From Acidothermus cellulolyticus 11B (GTDB lineage: Bacteria > Actinomycetota > Actinomycetes > Acidothermales > Acidothermaceae): a stretch of DNA of 32,000 nucleotides. Below the pieces are notes generated by a model. That model was not told the origin of the DNA. It worked only from the letters and a program-made list of their open reading frames with translations, and ran no database searches. Positions 1 to 9,160 of the stretch are shown one piece after another. Numbering within the stretch: position 1 is the first letter of the stretch; the number at the start of each line of letters is the position of its first letter. The position numbers were made by a program, and so were the translations under genes. Location: NCBI RefSeq assembly GCF_000015025.1, contig NC_008578.1, positions 960,001 to 992,000 of the forward strand, read 5' to 3'.

Positions 1-1
1 C

Positions 2-700
2 TTGCGGGGAGCGTTCATCGCGGCCGGAGCGGCGGCCATTCAACGGTTCACCGCGACGTTCTACGTCTTCGGCGCGATTCTCTTCATCACAGCGGTCCAG
101 TTGCTCCGGAGCAGCGGGCATGCCCCCGACCCGAAACGCAATCCGCTCTGGCGGCTTGCCGCGCGCGTGCTGCCGACCACGGATTCCTATGCCGGTGGAA
201 GAATTGTCACCCGGGACGCCGGCCGGTGGGTGACGACGCCCCTGTTTCTCGTCCTCATCGCGATCGGGACGACTGACGTGCTCTTTGCCCTCGATTCCAT
301 TCCAGCCATTTACGGCCTGACGCGGGAGCCGTACATTGTCTTGACAGCCAATGCCTTTGCCCTCATGGGCTTGCGGCAGCTGTATTTCCTCCTGCTCGGC
401 CTGCTCGGGCGACTCCGGTATCTGCGGCACGGCTTGGCGGTGATCCTCGGTTTCATCGGCGTGAAGCTCGTTCTCGAAGCGGCGCATCAGAGTGTCGAGG
501 GATTGCCGGAGGTGCCCATCTGGCTCTCACTCGCGGTGATTTTCGCCGTCCTTGCGGTCACCACGCTGCTGAGCGTGCTGCGGACGGCGCGTCCCGCGCC
601 GGTCGAGCCGGCACGGCCTAGTGGGACCGGCGGATCGAGCTCTGACGCACGATCAATTGAGCCGGGACGACGTACGAGTTCTGCGCCGCCTCACCGCTGA
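2..700 (+). CDS. TerC/Alx-family integral membrane protein, 5'-truncated by window edge
   Basis: ORF is open from the window edge. Multi-pass hydrophobic sequence with TerC-like blocks (GTTDVLFALDSIPAIYGLT, ANAFALMGLRQLYFLL). Its last 83 nt overlap the 3' end of the convergent LacI gene. Confidence 0.75.
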   Translation: MRGAFIAAGAAAIQRFTATFYVFGAILFITAVQLLRSSGHAPDPKRNPLWRLAARVLPTTDSYAGGRIVTRDAGRWVTTPLFLVLIAIGTTDVLFALDSIPAIYGLTREPYIVLTANAFALMGLRQLYFLLLGLLGRLRYLRHGLAVILGFIGVKLVLEAAHQSVEGLPEVPIWLSLAVIFAVLAVTTLLSVLRTARPAPVEPARPSGTGGSSSDARSIEPGRRTSSAPPHR

Positions 701-1604
701 TTTCGCTGATGAGCAGTCGGATGGCGTGCTCGCCGACGGCGGCGAAATCCTGCCGGATCGTGGTGAGGGGTGGGGCGAAGTACGCCGCCTCGGGAATGTC
801 GTCGAAGCCGACGAGCAGAACGTCCCGCGGCACGCGGATGCCGTGTTCGTGAAACGCCCGCAGCACCCCAAGGGCCATCTGATCGTTGGCGACAAAGACC
901 GCGTCAACCTCTTGGATCTTCTCGACCAGGAGCAAGCCCGCGCGATAGCCGGAGGCGGGCGTCCAGTCGCCGTAGAGCACACCGGGCGACTGAAGACCCG
1001 CTGCTTTCAACGCAGACCGCCAGCCGCGGGCGCGAGCCTGGGCGTGCAGCCAGCTCCGCGGGCCGGCGATGTGCCAGATGCGCTCCGCGCCATGCTCAAG
1101 GAGGTGGTTCGTGGCGAGGCGGGCGCCACCAGCTTGATCGACGTAGACAGCAGGAACGTCGCCGGCGAGCGCGTCACCAGCGGTCACCATCGGAACGCGG
1201 TGGTGCAGCGGTGAAAGGGCTTGACCGATCTGGCTGCTCGGTGCGATGACGACGATTCCCTCGACCGCCTGACTGGTCAGCCGATCGAGTCCTTCGGCGG
1301 CGCTCCGGGGGTCGACGGTTTTGATGCTGGTGATGGTGAGGGAGAACCCGGCACGCCGGGCGGCGTTCTCGACCGCGTAAAGGGTTCCAGCCGGCCCATA
1401 CAGCGTGGTGTCGATCGTGAGGACACCGATGACTCCCGAGCGGCGAGTCGCCAGCGCCCGGGCGGCGGTGTTCGGCTGGTAACCAAGCTCTTTGATCGCA
1501 GCCAGTACCCGTCGCCGTGTCTCCTCGCGGACCGCCGTGTGATTGTTCAAGACCCGCGAGACCGTCATGTGCGAGACGCCGGCAAGCCGTGCGACGTCCG
1601 CCAT
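618..1604 (-). CDS. araR: LacI-family transcriptional regulator, probable arabinose repressor
   Basis: N-terminal HTH MADVARLAGVSHMTVSRVLNN and a periplasmic-binding-fold core ending in ...LIVRQSS. Divergent from araBDA. I chose ATG 1604 (M43 of the 618..1730 ORF) because LacI proteins start a few residues before the HTH. GTG 1610 or upstream starts are possible. Confidence 0.8.
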   Translation of the reverse strand: MADVARLAGVSHMTVSRVLNNHTAVREETRRRVLAAIKELGYQPNTAARALATRRSGVIGVLTIDTTLYGPAGTLYAVENAARRAGFSLTITSIKTVDPRSAAEGLDRLTSQAVEGIVVIAPSSQIGQALSPLHHRVPMVTAGDALAGDVPAVYVDQAGGARLATNHLLEHGAERIWHIAGPRSWLHAQARARGWRSALKAAGLQSPGVLYGDWTPASGYRAGLLLVEKIQEVDAVFVANDQMALGVLRAFHEHGIRVPRDVLLVGFDDIPEAAYFAPPLTTIRQDFAAVGEHAIRLLISEISGEAAQNSYVVPAQLIVRQSSIRRSH

Positions 1605-1877
1605 GTTCACCGGCCGGGCCTGGGCGCGCGCCGTCCGAGCCTGCGTGGGTTCGGCGGCTGGCAGCGATCGACCGGTGTGAGCGGATGGCAACCGTCGTGA
1701 GCGGGTTCGGTCAGCCATGGCCTTCCGCATCGTCGAGTGGCTCCGTACCGCAGACGGTCACCGGGTGAGGGAGTGGATCGGCGCTCTCAGCATATCGCGC
1801 TGGTCGCAGGCGCCCAGGCTTGCCGCTGACCGAGATCCGGTGAGGTTGCGCGGTCGCGTTCGCCCTGCGGCGTACAG

Positions 1878-1893
1878 CAGTTAGCGCTCACAT
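1878..1893. promoter_or_regulatory. LacI-type operator 1 of ara control region (CAGTTAGCGCTCACAT; reverse complement ATGTGAGCGCTAACTG)
   Basis: CG-centred imperfect palindrome close to the symmetric lac operator TGTGAGCGCTCACA. Lies in the araR/araB intergenic region. Shares ATGTKAGCGYTAWC with site 2. Confidence 0.6.
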
Positions 1894-2057
1894 TTAGTGG
1901 CCGGTGTCCAACGTGCCGCGCACGAGCAGCGTCGGCAACTTTTCGGTCCTCATCCTGTATAGGGACTCAAGGAGGCCGACAATGCCCGCTCACACCATGG
2001 GACGAGGTCGGCGACGCCCTTGACGACACGCAATTCCCCGCGCGACGATACGTGCAG

Positions 2058-2073
2058 GTGATAACGCTAACAT
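2058..2073. promoter_or_regulatory. LacI-type operator 2 of ara control region (GTGATAACGCTAACAT; reverse complement ATGTTAGCGTTATCAC)
   Basis: Second copy of the same CG-centred palindrome, ~90 nt upstream of the araB ATG and 180 bp from site 1. Confidence 0.6.
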
Positions 2074-2163
2074 TAGGTGCGCGGTGAGAACCTCGCCGTC
2101 GGGTCCGCACGGCGCGATCCGGCGGCGAGCCGAACAGCGCGTCCTGCGGGAGGGTGGCTGGGC

Positions 2164-3858
2164 ATGGCAGCGCCGGTGGTAGAAGGCGATCCGCTCGTCG
2201 TGGGCGTGGATTTCGGCACGCTGTCGGGTCGGGCCGTGGTGGTCCGGGTCGCCGACGGCGCGGAGTTGGCCAGTGCCGTGCACGAGTACCGGCACGGCGT
2301 CTGTACCGACGCGCTGCCCACGGGGGAGCGGTTGCCGGCGGATTGGGCGTTGCAGGTACCGTCCGATTACCTTGAGGTGCTGCGCACGGCAGTCCCGAAA
2401 GCATTGGCGGAGAGCGGCCGGTCTCCCCGGGACGTCATCGGCATCGGCACCGATTTCACCGCCTGCACCGTCCTGCCGGTACGTGCCGATGGGACACCCC
2501 TCTGCGAAACACCGGAGTTCGCACGGCGTCCGCACGCCTACGTGAAGCTGTGGAAACACCATGCCGCTCAGCCCTACGCCGACCGGATCAACGAGGTGGC
2601 GCGCGACCGCCGCGAGCCGTGGCTGGCCAGGTACGGCGGACGGATTTCGTCGGAATGGGAATTCGCGAAGGGACTTCAACTTCTCATCGAGGATCCGGAA
2701 ATTTACGCGGCAGCGGACCTGTGGGTTGAGGCTGCGGACTGGATCGTCTGGCGGCTGTCGGGCCGATACGTCCGCAATGCGTGCACCGCAGGCTACAAGG
2801 GGCAGTATCAGGACGGCAGGTATCCGAGTCAGGATTTCCTTGCTGCACTGGATGAGCGCTTCGCGGATTTCGTCGCCGCGAAGCTGGCCGGACCGGTCGC
2901 CGCTCTCGGGGAGGCAGTCGGCAGGCTGACCGAAGAGGCAGCCGGGTGGACCGGCCTTCCCGCCGGCATCCCGGTTGCGGTCGGCAATGTCGATGCGCAC
3001 GTCACCGCCGCAGCCGCACACGCGTTGGCGCCGGGCCAGATGGTGGCGATTATGGGTACGTCAACGTGCCACGTGATGAATTACGACCGGCTTGTCGAGA
3101 TTCCGGGGATCTGCGGCGTGGTGCGGGACGGCATCGTCCGGGGGATGTGGGGATATGAAGCGGGGCAGAGCGGCGTCGGCGATATTTTCGGCTGGTTCGT
3201 CGAGCACGGCGTTCCCCCGTCGTACCACGCGGCGGCCGCGGCACGCGGTGTGGACCTGCACGGGTATCTCTCCAGCTTGGCGGCACGGCAACGCGTCGGC
3301 GAACACGGCCTGGTGGCGTTGGACTGGCACAGCGGCAACCGCTCCGTCTTGGTCGACCACGAACTCTCCGGCGCCGTGCTCGGCCTCACGTTGACGACCA
3401 GACCGGAGGACGTCTACCGCGCGTACGTCGAGGCGACCGCTTTCGGCACCCGGCTCATCATGGAAACCTTCGCCGCACATGGATTACCGGTCACCCAGCT
3501 CACCGTCGCCGGCGGTCTGGTCAAGAATCCGTTCGTCATGCAGGTGTACGCGGACGTGCTCGCGATGCCGCTGTCGGTCCTGGATTCGGCCTGCGGTCCG
3601 GCCCTCGGCGCGGCGATTCACGCCGCTGTCGCGGCCGGCGCTTATCCGGACGTGCCGGCTGCGGCCGCCCGGATGGCCCGGGTGCGTCGCGATGTGTACC
3701 GCCCGAACGGGGCGAACGTTGCCGCGTACCACGACCTCTATGAACGGTACCGGCTGCTGCACGACTATCTCGGCCGGGAACGGCCCGATGTGTTGCACGG
3801 GCTGCACCGCCGCCGCGCCGAGATTCTCGAGATCCGTAGTGCGGGGGACGCGTCGTGA
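2164..3858 (+). CDS. araB: Ribulokinase
   Basis: FGGY-kinase N-terminus LVVGVDFGTLSGR and full-length AraB-like sequence (..MGTSTCHV.., ..GLVKNPFVMQVYADV..). ATG 2164 is preceded by GGGAGGG; the upstream part of the 2077 ORF is Arg-rich junk. The stop overlaps the araD start (GTGA). Confidence 0.9.
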   Translation: MAAPVVEGDPLVVGVDFGTLSGRAVVVRVADGAELASAVHEYRHGVCTDALPTGERLPADWALQVPSDYLEVLRTAVPKALAESGRSPRDVIGIGTDFTACTVLPVRADGTPLCETPEFARRPHAYVKLWKHHAAQPYADRINEVARDRREPWLARYGGRISSEWEFAKGLQLLIEDPEIYAAADLWVEAADWIVWRLSGRYVRNACTAGYKGQYQDGRYPSQDFLAALDERFADFVAAKLAGPVAALGEAVGRLTEEAAGWTGLPAGIPVAVGNVDAHVTAAAAHALAPGQMVAIMGTSTCHVMNYDRLVEIPGICGVVRDGIVRGMWGYEAGQSGVGDIFGWFVEHGVPPSYHAAAAARGVDLHGYLSSLAARQRVGEHGLVALDWHSGNRSVLVDHELSGAVLGLTLTTRPEDVYRAYVEATAFGTRLIMETFAAHGLPVTQLTVAGGLVKNPFVMQVYADVLAMPLSVLDSACGPALGAAIHAAVAAGAYPDVPAAAARMARVRRDVYRPNGANVAAYHDLYERYRLLHDYLGRERPDVLHGLHRRRAEILEIRSAGDAS

Positions 3859-4526
3859 CAATCGCTTCGTCGGACGTCATCGCGCAACTGCGACGCGAGT
3901 TGCTCATCCTGCACCGCAAACTGGTGACCTGGGGTCTGGTGGTCTGGACGGCGGGCAACGTCTCCGCGCGGATCCCCGGCGAACCGCTCATGCTCATCAA
4001 ACCGAGCGGGGTGGACTACGATCTGCTGCGCGAAGAATCCTTCGTCGTCTGCGACTTCTCCGGTGGCCGGGTCGAGGGTTCGCTCACCCCCTCCAGCGAC
4101 GCCCGCAGTCACGGCTACATTTACGCGCACATGCCACACGTCGGCGGCGTCGTCCATACCCATTCGCCCTACGCAACGGCCTGGGCGGCGCGAGGCGAAC
4201 CGATACCATGCATCCTTACCGCGATGGCCGATGAATTCGGCGGCCCCATTCCAGTCGGACCGTTTGCACCGATCGGCGACGAGCGGATCGGCCGCGGCGT
4301 GGTGGAGACGCTCCGCACGTCACGATCTCCGGCTGTTCTGATGAAGAACCACGGTGTTTTCGCCGTCGGTGCGACGGCGGAGGCTGCGGTCAAGGCGGCC
4401 GTGATGTGCGAAGACGCCGCCCGCACCGTCTACTTGGCGCGCAACCTCGGCGAGGTCGAACCATTGCCGGCGCACGACATTGACGCCCTGCACCGCCGCT
4501 ATCAGACGGCGTACGGCCAACGGTGA
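3855..4526 (+). CDS. araD: L-ribulose-5-phosphate 4-epimerase (class II aldolase fold)
   Basis: Blocks WTAGNVSARIPGEPLMLIKPSGVDYD and HTHSPYATAWA match AraD. GTG start overlaps the araB stop. Confidence 0.9.
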   Translation: MTIASSDVIAQLRRELLILHRKLVTWGLVVWTAGNVSARIPGEPLMLIKPSGVDYDLLREESFVVCDFSGGRVEGSLTPSSDARSHGYIYAHMPHVGGVVHTHSPYATAWAARGEPIPCILTAMADEFGGPIPVGPFAPIGDERIGRGVVETLRTSRSPAVLMKNHGVFAVGATAEAAVKAAVMCEDAARTVYLARNLGEVEPLPAHDIDALHRRYQTAYGQR

Positions 4527-4541
4527 CGAAACGGAGAGTCC

Positions 4542-6047
4542 ATGACCGACCTGCCCTATCCGGAATATGAGTGTTGGTTTCTCACCGGCAGTCAGCATTT
4601 GTACGGCGAGGACGTTCTTTCCGCGGTGGCCCGGCAATCCCAGGCCATCGTGGAGGCGCTCAATGCCGCAGGACTACCGGTGCGGTTGGTGTGGAAACCG
4701 GTCCTGACCGACGCCACAGGCATCCGGCGCATGTGCAGCGAGGCAAGCGCAACCGACGCGTGCATCGGCGTCATCGCGTGGATGCACACGTTCTCCCCGG
4801 CAAAAGCCTGGATCAATGGATTGCTGGCGCTGCGCAAGCCGCTGCTTCACTTGCATACGCAGGCGAATCTCACCCTTCCGTGGTCGACCATCGACATGGA
4901 CTTCATGAATCTCAACCAGGCCGCCCACGGCGATCGCGAGTTCGGCTATGTGGCCGCTCGGTTGGCCATTCCGCGGAAAATCGTCACCGGTCATTTCTCG
5001 GACCCCGACGTGGTGCGGGACATTGCCGCATGGCAGCGCGCCGCCGCCGGATTGGCGGATCTGCGGTCCACGCGGCTCGTCCGGTTCGGCGACACGATGC
5101 GAAACGTTGCGGTCACCGACGGCGACCGGGTCGAGGCGCAAATCCGGCTGGGCAGTGCCATCGAGACGTACGGCGTTCACGACCTCGGGGTACGGGTCGA
5201 TGCCGTCGCCGAGAGCGACGTGGACGCCCTCGTTGACCGGTACCTTGCCGACTATGACATGGCACCGGAACTCACCATCGGGGGCGCGCGCCACGAGTCA
5301 CTGCGGTACGCAGCGAAACTCGAACTTGCCTTGCGGTCCTTCCTCCACGACGGACGATTCACTGCCTTCACCACGAATTTCGAGGACCTCGGACCGCTCC
5401 GCCAGCTTCCCGGCATCGCAGTTCAACGGCTGATGGCCGACGGCTTCGGGTTCGGCGCCGAAGGTGATTGGAAAACCGCCCTCCTGGTCCGCGCGGTCAA
5501 GACGATGAGCCGCGGCCTGCCGGGCGGCACCTCATTCATGGAGGATTACACCTACCACCTGGAACCCAGCGGCCGGCTCGTCCTCGGTGCGCACATGCTC
5601 GAAGTCTGTCCGACACTGACGTCTGCAACGCCGCGCTGTGAGATTCACCCGCTGCTCATGGGCGGACGCGAGGACCCGGTGCGGCTCGTCTTCACCGCGG
5701 ATCCAGCTCCGGCCGTCATCGTGGGACTGTGCGACATGGGTGACCGACTCCGCCTTGTCGCGAACACCGCCGACCTGGTTGCCCCGCCTGAACCATTGCC
5801 GCGGCTGCCGGTGGCTCGCGCCGTGTGGCAGCCGCACCCGGAGCTGAAAACCGCCGCTACGGCGTGGATCGCCGCCGGCGGACCGCATCACACCGCGCTG
5901 TCAACCGCCGTCAGCGCAAGGGAAATCCGGGACTTCGCCCGGATGGCCGGCCTCGAGCTTGTCCTCATTGACGAGCACACCGCACTTGACGCCGCCCTCG
6001 ACCGGCTCTGGGCAATCGAACAAACCCGCGCATCGCGGCCGTGGTGA
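4542..6047 (+). CDS. araA: L-arabinose isomerase
   Basis: 501 aa. N-terminus [18 protein letters not shown] and FMEDYTYH block are typical AraA. RBS ACGGAGAG lies before ATG 4542. Confidence 0.92.
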   Translation: MTDLPYPEYECWFLTGSQHLYGEDVLSAVARQSQAIVEALNAAGLPVRLVWKPVLTDATGIRRMCSEASATDACIGVIAWMHTFSPAKAWINGLLALRKPLLHLHTQANLTLPWSTIDMDFMNLNQAAHGDREFGYVAARLAIPRKIVTGHFSDPDVVRDIAAWQRAAAGLADLRSTRLVRFGDTMRNVAVTDGDRVEAQIRLGSAIETYGVHDLGVRVDAVAESDVDALVDRYLADYDMAPELTIGGARHESLRYAAKLELALRSFLHDGRFTAFTTNFEDLGPLRQLPGIAVQRLMADGFGFGAEGDWKTALLVRAVKTMSRGLPGGTSFMEDYTYHLEPSGRLVLGAHMLEVCPTLTSATPRCEIHPLLMGGREDPVRLVFTADPAPAVIVGLCDMGDRLRLVANTADLVAPPEPLPRLPVARAVWQPHPELKTAATAWIAAGGPHHTALSTAVSAREIRDFARMAGLELVLIDEHTALDAALDRLWAIEQTRASRPW

Positions 6048-6082
6048 CAATGTTGCCGTGGTGACGTCGCGGCCGTGGTGAC
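6033..6082 (+). repeat. Three direct copies of GCCGTGGTGAC at 17-nt spacing; outer copies are the 16-mer TCGCGGCCGTGGTGAC
   Basis: Copies read directly at 6038-6048, 6055-6065 and 6072-6082. The first copy contains the araA stop codon (6045-6047). Confidence 0.7.
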
Positions 6083-6138
6083 GCCGCTGGCTGTGCGTTC
6101 CTGCTCTAGTGACGCCGCCGGTTGCGCCGACAGGAGTG

Positions 6139-7563
6139 TCAGAGGGGGATGTTGCCGTGCTCGCCGCGGACCGGCGGCGCGGCGGCAATGGCATCCGCGA
6201 TGGCGCTGCGGGTTCGGGCCGGGTCGACGACGTCGTCCACTACGCCCAAGGCAACAGCCTTCTCGATACCGCCGGCGATTTTCTCATGCTCGGCGGCAAG
6301 TTCCAGTTCCAGCGAGGGACGGAGCGCCTCACCGACTTCGGCAAGCTTGCGCCGGTGCAGGATCCGTACAGCGGCGACCGCCCCCATGACGGCGACCTCC
6401 GCACCCGGCCAGGCCAGCACCCGGGTGGCACCGAGTGCGCGGGAATTCATCGCGATGTACGCGCCGCCGTAGGCTTTCCGGGTTATCAAGGTGATGCGTG
6501 GCACGACGGCCTCGGCAAAAGCGTGCAGGAGCTTCGCGCCGCGACGGACCACGCCGTCCCACTCCTGCCCCAGTCCCGGTAGATATCCCGGGACGTCGAC
6601 CACCACCACCAGCGGCACCCCGAACGCATCGCACATCCGGACAAAGCGGGCCGCCTTCTCCGCCGACGTCGTGTCCAGGCAGCCGCCCAGCCGGAGCGGA
6701 TTGTTCGCGATGACACCGACCGTACGGCCGGCGAGCCGGCCGAGAGTGGTCACAATGTTCGGCGCCCACTTCGGGTGCAATTCGACGCCGGGGGAGTCAA
6801 GCAGCCCGTCGACGAGCGGGTGCACGTCGTAGGCCCTTTTCGCTGCTTCCGGAATCCGGTCCGCGAGGTCGACGTCCACCAGCGGCGCGTCGCCCAATTT
6901 CCCCTGATTCCCCAGCAGCGCAACCACGTCCCGTGCGTACCCCAGCGCCTGCTCATCGGAGTCCGCGAGCAGGTGAACGACGCCGCTTCGGCGGCCGTGC
7001 ACTTCTGCACCACCCAACCGCTCCATGTCGACGTCCTCGCCGGTCACACTCCGCACGACATCCGGTCCGGTCACGAAAATACGGCCAGCCGGGCCCATGA
7101 TGACGATGTCCGTGAGGGCCGGCCCGTACGCCGCCCCACCGGCTGCCGGGCCCAGAACCACCGAAATCTGCGGGATTTTTCCCGAAGCTCGGGTCATTGC
7201 GGCGAAAACCCGCCCGACCCCGTCGAGACTCTCGACACCTTCGCGCAATCGAGCGCCGCCGGAATGCCAGAGCCCGACGATCGGCGCGCCGTCGGCGAGT
7301 GCCCGGTCGTATGCGCCGACGATGACCGAGCATCCGACACTGCCCATGGCCCCACCTTGAATCGTGGGGTCGCTAGCGAATGCAACCGTGTGCGTGCCGG
7401 CGACGGTGCCGACACCGGCCAGGACACCGCAATCGTCGAGGGGGCTGATGGGCTGGAAAGTCCCCGGATCAAAGAATGCGCCGAGCCGCGCGGTGGGCGT
7501 GCGCGGGTCGAGGTCCTGCGGTCCGGATGTGCCCGGCCGGGTGTCGTGTGCGTCGTGCGTCAC
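6139..7563 (-). CDS. accD6: Acyl-CoA carboxylase carboxyltransferase (beta) subunit, AccD6-like
   Basis: 474-aa carboxyl-transferase domain protein; its size matches the short AccD6 type. GTG start lies 9 nt after the fabF stop, with GAGGGA as RBS. It is the last gene of the fas operon, as in mycobacterial fasII. Confidence 0.85.
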   Translation of the reverse strand: MTHDAHDTRPGTSGPQDLDPRTPTARLGAFFDPGTFQPISPLDDCGVLAGVGTVAGTHTVAFASDPTIQGGAMGSVGCSVIVGAYDRALADGAPIVGLWHSGGARLREGVESLDGVGRVFAAMTRASGKIPQISVVLGPAAGGAAYGPALTDIVIMGPAGRIFVTGPDVVRSVTGEDVDMERLGGAEVHGRRSGVVHLLADSDEQALGYARDVVALLGNQGKLGDAPLVDVDLADRIPEAAKRAYDVHPLVDGLLDSPGVELHPKWAPNIVTTLGRLAGRTVGVIANNPLRLGGCLDTTSAEKAARFVRMCDAFGVPLVVVVDVPGYLPGLGQEWDGVVRRGAKLLHAFAEAVVPRITLITRKAYGGAYIAMNSRALGATRVLAWPGAEVAVMGAVAAVRILHRRKLAEVGEALRPSLELELAAEHEKIAGGIEKAVALGVVDDVVDPARTRSAIADAIAAAPPVRGEHGNIPL

Positions 7564-7572
7564 GGAGTTCCC

Positions 7573-8817
7573 TCAGCTCGCTCGGATGACGAGGACGACG
7601 TTGTGCCCGCCGAAACCGAAGGAATTGGACAGCGCCGCGCCGTCCCGCAACGGTCTCGGTTCGAGAGCGGCGATGTCGAGGTCCACCTCGTCGTCCTGGT
7701 TCTCCAGATTCAGCGTGGGTGGTGAGACTTTTTCTCGGACGGCGAGAAGCGTCGCGATCGCCTCCACCGCACCGGCGGCGCCGAGAAGGTGACCGAAGGA
7801 CGATTTCGGCGCGGTGACGACGATGCCATCGGCCGCGGATCCGAAAACTTCCCGGATTCCTTTGGCCTCCGCAACATCTCCGATCGGCGTGGAGGTGGCG
7901 TGCGCGTTGATGTGCACGATGTCAGCTGGGCTGAGATCGGCGTCGGCGAGTGCCGACCGCAGGGCCCGAACGGCTCCGCGCGCCTCCGGATCGGGGGCGG
8001 TGATGTGGTAGCCGTCGGAACTCAGCCCGGCGCCGGCGATTTCGCCGAGAATCCGGGCGCCCCGGGCGCGGGCGTACTCGAATTCTTCGAGGACGACGGC
8101 ACCCGCCCCTTCGCCCATGACGAAACCGTCGCGCGCCTTGTCGTACGGCCGGGAGGCCCGCTCGGGCTCGTCATTGCGGGTCGACAGCGCCCGCATCGAA
8201 GCGAAAGCGGCCAGCGGAAGGGCGTGGATCGCCGCCTCGGTTCCGCCGCACACGGCGACGTCCGCCCGGCCGGACCGAATCATCTCCAAGCCGTAGGCGA
8301 TCGCCTCCGCTCCGGAGGCGCACGCGCTGACCGGGGTGTGCACGCCGGCTTGCGCGCCAAGGTCGAGCCCGACCGCTGCGGCCGGGCCGTTCGGCATCAG
8401 CATCGGCACGGTGTACGGCGACACTCGCCGCGGCCCTTTCTCGCGGAGGACGTCGTACGCGTTGAGCAGGGTGGTGACCCCGCCGATGCCCGAAGCGAAA
8501 ACGACGCCCAGCCGCTCCCGGTCCACCTCGGGCCGGCCGGCGTCCTCCCACGCCTGCCGAGCCGCGATGAGAGCGAATTGCTGGGAGCGATCGAGCGTCC
8601 GGGCTTCGACCCGGTCCAGCACCTCGGTCGGCTCGACGGCTACCCGCGCGCCGATCCGCACCGGCAGGTCGGCGGCCCACTCCTCGGTGAGGGTCCGAAC
8701 CCCGCTCTCACCGGCGAGGAGCCGCCGCCAGGTCGTTGCCACGTCCCCGCCAAGCGGCGTGGTGGCACCGAGACCGGTGACCACAACACGACGTCGTCCA
8801 CGTTGCTGCTCAGTCAC
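7573..8817 (-). CDS. fabF: 3-oxoacyl-ACP synthase II (KAS II)
   Basis: VVVTGLGATTPLG N-terminus, active-site PVSACASGAEAI, and the two His motifs INAHATSTPIGD and GHLLGAAG. Confidence 0.9.
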   Translation of the reverse strand: MTEQQRGRRRVVVTGLGATTPLGGDVATTWRRLLAGESGVRTLTEEWAADLPVRIGARVAVEPTEVLDRVEARTLDRSQQFALIAARQAWEDAGRPEVDRERLGVVFASGIGGVTTLLNAYDVLREKGPRRVSPYTVPMLMPNGPAAAVGLDLGAQAGVHTPVSACASGAEAIAYGLEMIRSGRADVAVCGGTEAAIHALPLAAFASMRALSTRNDEPERASRPYDKARDGFVMGEGAGAVVLEEFEYARARGARILGEIAGAGLSSDGYHITAPDPEARGAVRALRSALADADLSPADIVHINAHATSTPIGDVAEAKGIREVFGSAADGIVVTAPKSSFGHLLGAAGAVEAIATLLAVREKVSPPTLNLENQDDEVDLDIAALEPRPLRDGAALSNSFGFGGHNVVLVIRAS

Positions 8818-8882
8818 TCGTCCGCCGTCCGCTCTCGGATGAGGTCTGCTTTCGAATGATCTCCGTTGCCGTTCCGCCGGGC

Positions 8883-9137
8883 CTACGCGGACACCGTCGC
8901 GTTGGCGATGTAGTCCACCGCGTCGCCGACGGTCTTGAGGTTCTTGACCTCGTCATCGGGGATCCGCACCCCGAATTTCTCCTCCGCTGCAACGACCACC
9001 TCGACCATCGACAGGGAGTCCACGTCGAGGTCATCGGTGAAGCTCTTCTCGGGTTGGACGTCGGACGTCGGTATCCCGGCGACCTCGTTGATGATTTCCG
9101 CGAGACCGGTGAGGATTTCCTCTTTCGACAGGGCCAT
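8883..9137 (-). CDS. acpP: Acyl carrier protein
   Basis: 84 aa with phosphopantetheine attachment motif LDVDSLSMVE. RBS AAAGGAG lies upstream. Confidence 0.9.
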   Translation of the reverse strand: MALSKEEILTGLAEIINEVAGIPTSDVQPEKSFTDDLDVDSLSMVEVVVAAEEKFGVRIPDDEVKNLKTVGDAVDYIANATVSA

Positions 9138-9160
9138 AGTGTGCTCCTTTTCGTCAGTGG

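Noticed and set aside
1990-3021. Other long shadow ORFs: 1990-3021 (-), 10264-11473 (+), 17162-18124 (-), 17953-18942 (-), 26058-26987 (-), 27112-27987 (-), 27360-28568 (-), 28833-30287 (-)
   Set aside because: Each lies opposite to or out of frame with a gene that has strong family motifs. The translations are low-complexity and Arg-rich without domains.
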